Origin: a candidate division FCPU426 bacterium
Lineage (GTDB): Bacteria > Oederibacteriota > Muellerivitia > Muellerivitales > Muellerivitaceae
Direction of reading: 5' to 3'
Assembly: GCA_963719085.1 (NCBI GenBank)
Contig: CAVRAL010000001.1
Span: 736,001-800,000, forward strand
DNA length: 64,000 bases
Of the stretch, positions 29,223 to 38,196 are shown piece after piece. A program made the position numbers and the translations under genes. Within the stretch, counting starts at the first letter, position 1, and each line of letters begins with the position of its first letter. The notes below the pieces were generated by a model, which was not told where the DNA came from, did no database searches, and saw nothing but the letters and a program-made list of their open reading frames with translations.

Positions 29223-29846
29223 ATGAATTCCGTTGCCCTTTTCGGCGGCACCTTTAACCCCATTCATTACGGCCACTTGGCCATCGCGGAAGAGGTTCGA
29301 ACCAAGTTTAATTTGGACAAGGTTATTTTTCTTCCCGCTTTTTTACCGCCGCACAAAAAAAGCGAGGATCTGGCGGAGGCCAAAAACCGCTACTTGATGA
29401 CCCAATTGGCGACCGTCAGCAACCCTTGTTTTGAGGTTTCCTCTTTTGAGATCGATAAGGGCGGAAAGTCCTACTCGATTGACGCGGTGAACCACTTTCG
29501 ACAATTTTATGGGGAAAAGGTGCAACTTTACTTTATTGTGGGCGCCGATACGCTGCTGGAACTCTCCACATGGAAGAATGTCAATGAGTTGGTTAAAAAA
29601 TGCCGGTTCATTGTGGTGCCGAGGCCGGGCTATGATTTGGCGAAAATATTGAATTATCATTTTTTAGGCTCGGAAACCTATTCGCTGGCTTCCGAATTGT
29701 TGGAAAATGTTTTGATCGGGGAAACGGCCATGTTGGATATTAGCGCCACCGCCATCCGCAAACGAGTGGCCGAATGGAAGAGCATCAAATATCTCGTTCC
29801 CGAACCCGTGGAACAGTTTATTCACCATCAACAACTTTATGTTTGA
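29223..29846 (+). CDS. nadD: Nicotinate-nucleotide adenylyltransferase
   Basis: FGGTFNPIHYGH, PPHK, IVGAD, ISATAIR. Confidence 0.96.
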   Translation: MNSVALFGGTFNPIHYGHLAIAEEVRTKFNLDKVIFLPAFLPPHKKSEDLAEAKNRYLMTQLATVSNPCFEVSSFEIDKGGKSYSIDAVNHFRQFYGEKVQLYFIVGADTLLELSTWKNVNELVKKCRFIVVPRPGYDLAKILNYHFLGSETYSLASELLENVLIGETAMLDISATAIRKRVAEWKSIKYLVPEPVEQFIHHQQLYV

Positions 29847-29858
29847 AACGAGGCGGGC

Positions 29859-30126
29859 ATGAAACTATTGAATTACATGGAAGAAGCGGCACAGCGGACG
29901 CTGGAGGAACTTTTGCTGGAACCAGCGAACCAGCAGTCTGAATTTAAACGAGGTTCAAAAACTTGATATTTTGGCTTACGCGTTGAATCGTCTGCCGCCG
30001 CGTTATGTGGTCACCGACAAGGGCCATCTTTTTACCCGGGTGGATGAGCTGAAGCAGCAATTTAAGACCGACTTGATTGTTGAGTTGACCAAGGCGATTC
30101 ATTTCATTAACTCGAATCCTAGATGA
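29859..30126 (+). pseudogene. ComFB-family protein split by a +1 frameshift (not in ORF track)
   Basis: Frame 0 MKLLNYMEEAAQRTLEELL... stops at 29964; the +1 frame reads LNLNEVQKLDILAYALNRLPPRYVVTDKG...NSNPR* to 30126. Confidence 0.8.
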
Positions 30127-30464
30127 GCAAGGAACCCTTGATCCCGCCCCAGTTGACAACCATCGTCTCGGTCTTGAATGATAAAAAGGGAATTGACGTC
30201 CGGGTTTTGGATGTTCGGAATCTCGTTTCTTATACCGATTACCTCATCTTGTGCAGCGGATCCTCCACCACGCATGTTCGCGCTTTGGTTTCGGCCGTGG
30301 ATAAAGCCTCCGAAAAAACTGAGACAAGGGTCAACTCGTCGTTGGACGATAGCTGGTGGATTCTGGATCAGGTGGACTGGGTGGTCCACGTTTTTCGAGA
30401 GGATATTCGGGTCTTTTACGATTTGGAAGGTTTGTGGGCGGATGCCCGATCTTTAAAGGTCTAA
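30123..30464 (+). CDS. rsfS: Ribosome silencing factor RsfS (Iojap)
   Basis: DKKGIDVRVLDV, DYLILCSG, WWILD, VHVF, FYDLEGLW. Confidence 0.93.
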   Translation: MSKEPLIPPQLTTIVSVLNDKKGIDVRVLDVRNLVSYTDYLILCSGSSTTHVRALVSAVDKASEKTETRVNSSLDDSWWILDQVDWVVHVFREDIRVFYDLEGLWADARSLKV

Positions 30465-30524
30465 AAAGCCTTATATTTAAATGAATTTAGGCTTTGATGG
30501 GATTAGGGTAAACTTTTACCTTTA

Positions 30525-30557
30525 ACCTTTTAGATAATTTGATATTATCTAAAAGGT
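30525..30557. repeat. Perfect 14-5-14 inverted repeat in an AT-rich intergenic region
   Basis: ACCTTTTAGATAAT-TTGAT-ATTATCTAAAAGGT. Confidence 0.85.
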
Positions 30558-30758
30558 AGGCGTTTAACATTAAACTATGTGACTTTAGTTGAGAGAGGGT
30601 TTTCAACCAGTTTAATTGGGTAAATGTCGCGAATAAGTGCAAGTTTTTTGTCGTTTTTTGTTTTTTGATTTTGAGGTATCTCAAATGACGGGATTTAAGA
30701 ATAATCGTTAAAATCCTGCAGCTGATGGCCGAGGTTGAAAAAAGGGGATATGGGTCGC

Positions 30759-32183
30759 ATGAGAAAATTCAACAAAAACATAATTCTCTTTTTTTTAAGC
30801 CTGGCTTTTCTTTTGATCATCTCGTTTCCAAGAACGGCTTTCGCTATTTTTGAGCGCGAGGGCAATGTGGGGGTGGGCGCCCGCGCCATGGGCATGGGCG
30901 GGGCGTTCGTGGCCGTGGCGGATGATCCCAGCGCGGCCTATTGGAATCCGGCCGGCTTAACCCAACTACCGGTTCCGACTCTACTCTTCATGTACGGGTC
31001 CCTTTTCAATGACAAGACCCAGAACTTATACACCGCTTTTCAATATCCGCTGCCGAACGATATTCATTTGGCCTTGAGCCTGAATAACTCTTTTTTCTCG
31101 GCGACGGGCGGAGCCCAGCAAGGCCAGTACCAAGGTTCAGTGGCTTTTCCGCTTCAGTTTGTCCCCGAGAAAAGATTATCAGTCGGATTTAATTTTCGGT
31201 ATTTGAACGCCGGCTTGGGGTCGACTTTAGGGAGCGCCCAAGGGGTTGGCGTGGATCTTGGTTTTTTGTACCGGCAAAAGTTAGAAAATCAAATGGAGCT
31301 TAGCGCGGGACTGGTTTTTGACGACATCGCGACCACCGCCCGTTTTGACAGCGGGGTCGAGGAAAACCTGCCGACCATCATTACTCCCGGATTGGCTTTT
31401 CGATTTGATAAGGACACTTTGGTTTCCTTGGATTTGCCTTGGACGGTTTCGGATTACACGGATGGAACCTCGGATCTTGAATTTCGAAGCGGATTGGAAC
31501 ATTGGTTCTTTGACGGCAAGCTCGGGCTTCGGGTGGGCTATTTGAGCCTGCAAACCCTGCCGGGGGAGTTTACGGTGGGCGCCAGCTATCGGAATTATCA
31601 ATGGTTCGTGGATTACGCTTATATCAATCATTCCAACGATCTGGGAAACAGCCATCGAATTGAGGGAGGATGGTATTTCGACACGCAAAGTCCTGATTTC
31701 AAACCCGAAGCCAGGCCCTATGTGATTGAAACCTTTGTCTCGGATCAGAAGATTTATTTTAAGTGGGACGTTCCCCAAGGAAGCCAGGCGGACGGTTACT
31801 ATGTGTATATTAAGACTGACGCCGACAGCGCTTTTCAAAAAGCCAAACAAGAAGCGCTCGACACCAAATACTGCCTCTTGCGGGGCGCCGTGAACGGGAC
31901 CCGGTACCAGATCTACATTGTTTCGATCGTCGATGGAAAAGAAAAACTTTCCAGCAACGTTTTCATCGCCACTCCCAAACCGATGTCGGATGACGCGATG
32001 CATTATTATCAAGTGGGGGTTCAGTATTTTAATCAAAACAACCTGTCCGCCGCTCTTTATGCCGCCCGTAAAGCCGAGGAGTTGGACCCGGATAATTACG
32101 ACATTAAGGATCTTTTGAGAAAATTGGACACGACCCATAGCCAGGGCCTGGTTTCTCAAGACGAGGGAGCGAGTCTCAAATGA
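30759..32183 (+). CDS. PorV/FadL-like OM barrel + fibronectin-III-like domain + TPR
   Basis: Signal peptide AFA-I; GVGARAMGMGGAFVAVADDPSAAYWNPAG; KWD...GYYVY...NGTRYQIYIVSI...ATP; TPR YYQVGVQYF...ELDPDN. Confidence 0.8.
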   Translation: MRKFNKNIILFFLSLAFLLIISFPRTAFAIFEREGNVGVGARAMGMGGAFVAVADDPSAAYWNPAGLTQLPVPTLLFMYGSLFNDKTQNLYTAFQYPLPNDIHLALSLNNSFFSATGGAQQGQYQGSVAFPLQFVPEKRLSVGFNFRYLNAGLGSTLGSAQGVGVDLGFLYRQKLENQMELSAGLVFDDIATTARFDSGVEENLPTIITPGLAFRFDKDTLVSLDLPWTVSDYTDGTSDLEFRSGLEHWFFDGKLGLRVGYLSLQTLPGEFTVGASYRNYQWFVDYAYINHSNDLGNSHRIEGGWYFDTQSPDFKPEARPYVIETFVSDQKIYFKWDVPQGSQADGYYVYIKTDADSAFQKAKQEALDTKYCLLRGAVNGTRYQIYIVSIVDGKEKLSSNVFIATPKPMSDDAMHYYQVGVQYFNQNNLSAALYAARKAEELDPDNYDIKDLLRKLDTTHSQGLVSQDEGASLK

Positions 32184-32827
32184 AAATGAACCGGTTTTGT
32201 TTGATCCTTGTTTTTTCATTTTTCTTTTTCCCCGGGTTTGGGCGCTGTCAAACGCCCGCGTCCGAGCCGACCCCCGGAGCCGTGACAGGGGATTCCCTTT
32301 ATCAGCAGGCCTTGGACACTTATTTGAACGGGGATTATGACCAGGCGATTCTTTTGGCGGCCAAAGCGGTCCAAGCCGATCCTCAAAATCAAAAAGCCCA
32401 AAATCTTTTAACGCTTCTCACCAATGAAAAGAAGGACATCGGTAAATATGAAATTTGGTTGTCCGGCCAAGGCGGCAAGGCGGCGACGCCGATCGATGAC
32501 TCGGCGGGCGTGAACGCGGACGCGGGGATTCAGGACCAAATCCAGAAGGTTCAACAACACTTCAATTATTTTTATACGGCCCAGACCCGTGAAAATGGAC
32601 AGTTTCAGGGACAAATTCAAGCGGTTTCGGAATTGCTTCGGGAAAACTCCAACCACCAGTACGACGAATTGCGGAAATCACAAAACGATTTGATCGGTCA
32701 AGTTCAAGTGATCAGCCAGGGCCATGATCGAAGCTTATGGATCCTTTATTTTTTGTGTTTCATGAGCATGCTGCTGTCCTTCTGTGCGCTTTGGGCTATG
32801 CTCCGAGGCCCCCGGGGCCGTGCCTAA
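32180..32827 (+). CDS. Exported TPR/coiled-coil protein with C-terminal TM helix
   Basis: Hydrophobic N-terminus, TPR LYQQALDTYLNGDYDQAI, Gln-rich helical region, C-terminal hydrophobic segment followed by Arg residues; ATGA overlap with the upstream gene. Confidence 0.65.
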   Translation: MKMNRFCLILVFSFFFFPGFGRCQTPASEPTPGAVTGDSLYQQALDTYLNGDYDQAILLAAKAVQADPQNQKAQNLLTLLTNEKKDIGKYEIWLSGQGGKAATPIDDSAGVNADAGIQDQIQKVQQHFNYFYTAQTRENGQFQGQIQAVSELLRENSNHQYDELRKSQNDLIGQVQVISQGHDRSLWILYFLCFMSMLLSFCALWAMLRGPRGRA

Positions 32828-32902
32828 GCCTTCCCTTACGGATCTTTACTTCCTTGTTTTAACCCGACTCTTCGCTTAGAATGTGCCAGCTTATCGACTT
32901 TG

Positions 32903-34283
<1,381 letters not shown>

Positions 34284-34371
34284 CCGCCTCTTTTTGATTT
34301 TTTATAAAAAAGTATAATTCGGCGGTCGGTTGTCAGTATACTTTCGGTTCTTCTGTTGGAGGGTTTTGGGT

Positions 34372-34444
34372 GAGTCGTTAGCTCAGCTGGTAGAGCACCA
34401 CACTTTTAATGTGGGTGTCCCGGGTTCGATCCCCGGACGACTCA
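34372..34444 (+). tRNA. tRNA-Lys(UUU), CCA not encoded
   Basis: Acceptor GAGTCGT/ACGACTC, anticodon arm CCACA-CTTTTAA-TGTGG, TTCGATC T-loop; followed by CCG. Confidence 0.95.
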
Positions 34445-34524
34445 CCGAGAACCCTCTTGAAATTTCCCCTGCTGGATCCCGAAGCGCTAGCTTAGTTTTT
34501 GTAGGACCTGATCAAGGAGCTTCC

Positions 34525-35106
34525 ATGTCAGCGACCCAATCCACCATGCTGGCCCTGGGCACCCAGGCGCCCGATTTTTCGCTCCCGGATGTGCGCACCG
34601 GCGCTATGGTCTCGCCCAAGGATTTTTTGGGCAAGCGGGGATTGTTGGTCATGTTCATTTGCGCCCATTGCCCCTATGTGAAGCATATCCAGGAAGAAAT
34701 CGCCCGGGTGGGGAAGGACTTTGGCCCGAAGGGCATCGCCTTCATCGCGGTTGGCTCCAATGACGCGGTGAATTATCCCGACGATGGGCCCCTGGGACTC
34801 AGGGCCCAGGCCGAGCGCTTTGGTTTTGACTTTCCCTATGTTTTTGACGAGACCCAGAACGTCGCCAAGGCCTACCGGGCGGCCTGCACCCCGGAGTTTT
34901 ACCTCTTTGACGCTTCCCAAAAGCTTTATTACCGCGGCCAGCTGGACGATAGCCGGCCTAAAAACACCCTGCCCGTGACCGGCCAGGACCTTCGCGCGGC
35001 CTTGGACTCGCTCTTGACCGGTCAAACTGCCCCCGGCGACCAAAAACCAAGTATTGGCTGTAATATAAAATGGAAAAAGGGAAACGAGCCGGATTACTTC
35101 GGCTAA
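34525..35106 (+). CDS. Thioredoxin-fold redoxin (AhpC/TSA-like)
   Basis: APDFSLPD, FICAHCPYV, AACTPEFY, YRGQLDD, SIGCNIKW; start taken as ATG 34525. Confidence 0.9.
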   Translation: MSATQSTMLALGTQAPDFSLPDVRTGAMVSPKDFLGKRGLLVMFICAHCPYVKHIQEEIARVGKDFGPKGIAFIAVGSNDAVNYPDDGPLGLRAQAERFGFDFPYVFDETQNVAKAYRAACTPEFYLFDASQKLYYRGQLDDSRPKNTLPVTGQDLRAALDSLLTGQTAPGDQKPSIGCNIKWKKGNEPDYFG

Positions 35107-35195
35107 TGGCCCAAGACAGCCTTCCAATATCCCTGTTTTTATTTTTAACCAATTGGTTTATCATTAATCGATCAAATCAAAGTTAAGGTGTTCAT

Positions 35196-37673
35196 TTGAA
35201 CGTTCCACATAGGCTGAAAACCTTTTTGGACGATGTTTTGCTGAAAGCCATTGGGGACATCGGTGAGGGCATCCTTGTTTTAGAGGGTACCCGAATTGTC
35301 TATGCCAACGAGACTTTTCAGGAAATGACGGGCTATTCGGAAGCCCAACTCCTCGATAATTCCTCCTTCTTCGATCTTCTGGAAGACCTGAATAAAGAAA
35401 AACATCTTGAGAAGATCGCGGCCTTCCGAAAAAATCCAAAGGGTTTGCTCCGCTTCCAAGCTTCCATTCATGCCGATTCCATTCGAATGATTTCTGCTGA
35501 AATCACATTGACCGTTTTAAAAGATGATCCCCAAGACCGGATGGTGGCCCTGGTCCGTGATATTTCAGACCAGAAGCGGCTGCAAGAGGCGGTGAAGGAC
35601 CAAGAAGTTCAATATAAGCTTCTTTTTAAAAACAACCCGAATCCCATGTTCATTTACGACTTGGAGAACTTGAGGATTTTGTCGGTCAACGACGCCGCGA
35701 TTCAAAAATACGGTTATACGGAAAAAGAATTCCTCAAAATGACGTTGAAGGACCTTCGGCGCGAGGAGGATGTCCCGAAGCTTTTGGAGCTTTTAGACGG
35801 CCTGAAAACAGGCGTCAATGTTTTAAAAGACACCGTGATCCACCGCAAAAAAGACTCGAGCTTGATCGAGGTGGAGGTGATTTCCCATTCCACGCTTTTC
35901 GAGGGAAAGGCCGCGCGGGTCATGATGGCCTACGATATGACCGAAAGCCGGAAAGCTGAAAGCGCCCTGCGCGAGAGCGAGCAAAAATTTCGGGAGCTTT
36001 TTAATAACGCCAATGACGCGATTTTTTTATACACCCTGTCTGATGACGCGATCCCGGGTAAGTTTTTGGAAGTGAATGATATCGCCTGTCAAAAATTGGG
36101 ATACAGCCGCGCCGAGCTTCTGACCATGACTCCTTTAGATATCGTGGCGCCGGAAGACTTAAATGAAATGCCGAAGATTTACAAAAAGTCCCTCCGCCAA
36201 GAGCACATCACCTACGAGAAGATTCACGTCACCAAGACGGGGCTTAAAATCCCGGTGGAAGTGAACTCGCATACCTTTCTTCGCAACGGGCAAAAGGCCG
36301 TGCTTTCCATCGCCCGGGATGTCACCGACCGCAAGCGGGCCGAGGAAACCATCCGCCGGCAGGCCTATTACGACCCCTTAACCAATCTGCCCAATCGGAC
36401 CCTTTTTAAAGACCGCCTGGAACAGGCCATGAGCCACGCCCATCGAAACAAGCAGTCCCTGGGCGTGATCATTCTCGACTTGGACCGCTTCAAAAATATC
36501 AACGAGACCTTGGGGCATATTTTGGGGGACCGGCTTTTAGTGGCGGTGGCCGAAAGATTGATCGGATCCATGCAGGAAGGGGAAACCATCGCCCGTTTTG
36601 GCGGGGACGAGTTCACTTTGCTTTTGCCCCAAGTCAATCAAGTGGATGAAACCACCCAACATGCCCAGAAGATTCTTGAGATTCTGGCCGAGCCTTTTCG
36701 AATCAACGATCATGAACTGCACTTGACGACCAGTATGGGAGTCGCTTTTTACCCCGATGACGGTGAAAACGCTGAAATCTTGCTGAAAAACGCCGAGACC
36801 GCCATGTACCGGGCCAAGGAGCAAGGCCGCAATAACTTCCAGCTTTACGCCTCCGTCATGAATGTGAGCGCCTTTAAACAGCTGCTAATGGAAAACAGCC
36901 TTCGCCGGGCTTTGGAAAAAGAGGAGTTCGTCGTTCATTATCAACCGCAGATTGATTTGGTCAGCCGCCAGATGGTGGGGGTAGAGGCTTTGGTGCGTTG
37001 GCAGCATCCGGATTTAGGATTGGTTTTTCCGACCGAATTTATCGGGTTGGCCGAGGACACCGGTTTGATTGTCCCCATCGGGGAATGGATGATTAAAAAA
37101 GTCTGCCAGCAAAATAAAAAATGGCAGGACATGGGGCTTCCCAAAGTCTGCATTTCGGTCAACTTGTCCGCTCGGCAGTTCCAACAGCGCAATTTGGTGA
37201 CCTCGATCGCCAAGGTCATCGCCGAGACGGGCCTGGACGCCCAATATGTGGGTTTTGAGATTACTGAGAGCATCGCCATGAAGAACGCCGATTTCACCAT
37301 TTCGGCCTTGAATGAGCTTCAAAAAATGAAGATTCATCTTTCACTGGATGATTTTGGAACGGGTTATTCCTCGTTGAGCTACCTCAAAAGGTTTCCGTTG
37401 GAGACCCTGAAAATCGACCGCTCGTTTGTGCGGGATATCGCCACCGACCCCAATGACGCGGCCATCGTGACCGCGGTCATCGCTTTGGCCCACAGCTTAA
37501 AGCTGAGCGTGGTGGCCGAGGGCGTGGAGACGGAGGGTCAACTGGCGTTTCTCAAGAGCCATCAATGCGACCAGGTTCAGGGCTATTACTTCAGCCATCC
37601 CTTGTCCGAAGAACAGTTTTTCAGGATGTTGAAAGAGATGAAGAACAGCCAGGTGCCGCAGGCAAAGGCCTGA
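35196..37673 (+). CDS. Cytoplasmic PAS-PAS-PAS-GGDEF-EAL diguanylate cyclase/phosphodiesterase
   Basis: Three PAS-like repeats; YDPLTNLPNR, FGGDEF, VEALVRW, LDDFGTGYSSLSYL, VAEGVE. Confidence 0.93.
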   Translation: MNVPHRLKTFLDDVLLKAIGDIGEGILVLEGTRIVYANETFQEMTGYSEAQLLDNSSFFDLLEDLNKEKHLEKIAAFRKNPKGLLRFQASIHADSIRMISAEITLTVLKDDPQDRMVALVRDISDQKRLQEAVKDQEVQYKLLFKNNPNPMFIYDLENLRILSVNDAAIQKYGYTEKEFLKMTLKDLRREEDVPKLLELLDGLKTGVNVLKDTVIHRKKDSSLIEVEVISHSTLFEGKAARVMMAYDMTESRKAESALRESEQKFRELFNNANDAIFLYTLSDDAIPGKFLEVNDIACQKLGYSRAELLTMTPLDIVAPEDLNEMPKIYKKSLRQEHITYEKIHVTKTGLKIPVEVNSHTFLRNGQKAVLSIARDVTDRKRAEETIRRQAYYDPLTNLPNRTLFKDRLEQAMSHAHRNKQSLGVIILDLDRFKNINETLGHILGDRLLVAVAERLIGSMQEGETIARFGGDEFTLLLPQVNQVDETTQHAQKILEILAEPFRINDHELHLTTSMGVAFYPDDGENAEILLKNAETAMYRAKEQGRNNFQLYASVMNVSAFKQLLMENSLRRALEKEEFVVHYQPQIDLVSRQMVGVEALVRWQHPDLGLVFPTEFIGLAEDTGLIVPIGEWMIKKVCQQNKKWQDMGLPKVCISVNLSARQFQQRNLVTSIAKVIAETGLDAQYVGFEITESIAMKNADFTISALNELQKMKIHLSLDDFGTGYSSLSYLKRFPLETLKIDRSFVRDIATDPNDAAIVTAVIALAHSLKLSVVAEGVETEGQLAFLKSHQCDQVQGYYFSHPLSEEQFFRMLKEMKNSQVPQAKA

Positions 37674-37734
37674 GGTTTAGCGGAACTTTCGCCCCATCTC
37701 CAACTCGTTCACGATGGGAAATTACCTTAAACAA

Positions 37735-38196
37735 TTAACGCCGGGAGCGGTTTTTGAGGGCCCGGTCGATATCGCGGTTGGCTTCTTTTTCCTTCAGCTT
37801 GTCCCGCTTGTCTTTGACGTTCTTACCCTTGGCGACCGACAATTGAATCTTTACTCGCCCGTCTTTGAAGTAAAGCTTCACCGGCACCAGGGTGAGGCCC
37901 TTTTCTTGAACCTTGCTGGTGAGATGTTCGATTTGAGAGCGGTTGAGTAATAGTTTTCGGGCCCGCGTGGGATCGGGATTGTAGCGGTTGCCCTGCGCGT
38001 AGGGGGTGACGTGCATCCCATAGAGGAAGATTTCGCCGTTTTCCACCCGGGCAAAACTGTCCTGGAGGTTGGCTTTTCCCAGGCGGATGGATTTCACCTC
38101 ACAGCCCACCAGGGCAATGCCGGCTTCCAGGCTTTCCAGGATGAAATAATCGTGGAAAGCCTTTCGGTTTTGCTGACTGGGCGCGCGTTCAGGCAT
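37735..38196 (-). CDS. smpB: SsrA-binding protein
   Basis: NRKAFHDY, EAGIALVGCEVKS, RKLLL, DKR. Confidence 0.97.
   Translation of the reverse strand: MPERAPSQQNRKAFHDYFILESLEAGIALVGCEVKSIRLGKANLQDSFARVENGEIFLYGMHVTPYAQGNRYNPDPTRARKLLLNRSQIEHLTSKVQEKGLTLVPVKLYFKDGRVKIQLSVAKGKNVKDKRDKLKEKEANRDIDRALKNRSRR

Noticed and set aside
29958..29969. Possible RF2-style programmed +1 shift at ACT-TGA in comFB
   Set aside because: Not the CTT-TGA-C motif, and family-like spacing suggests the shift is about 30 nt further upstream
30487..30684. 65-aa minus-strand ORF in the AT-rich gap
   Set aside because: Low-complexity Lys/Leu composition expected from AT-rich DNA; no clear SD or motif
31281..32219. 312-aa minus-strand ORF
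   Set aside because: Antisense to the well-supported PorV-like gene, with no family signal
34330..34524. N-terminal extension of the redoxin ORF
   Set aside because: Overlaps tRNA-Lys; ATG 34525 has an AAGGAG SD
37674..38196. tmRNA (ssrA) next to smpB
   Set aside because: No tRNA-like ends and no room for an ssrA gene in the flanks
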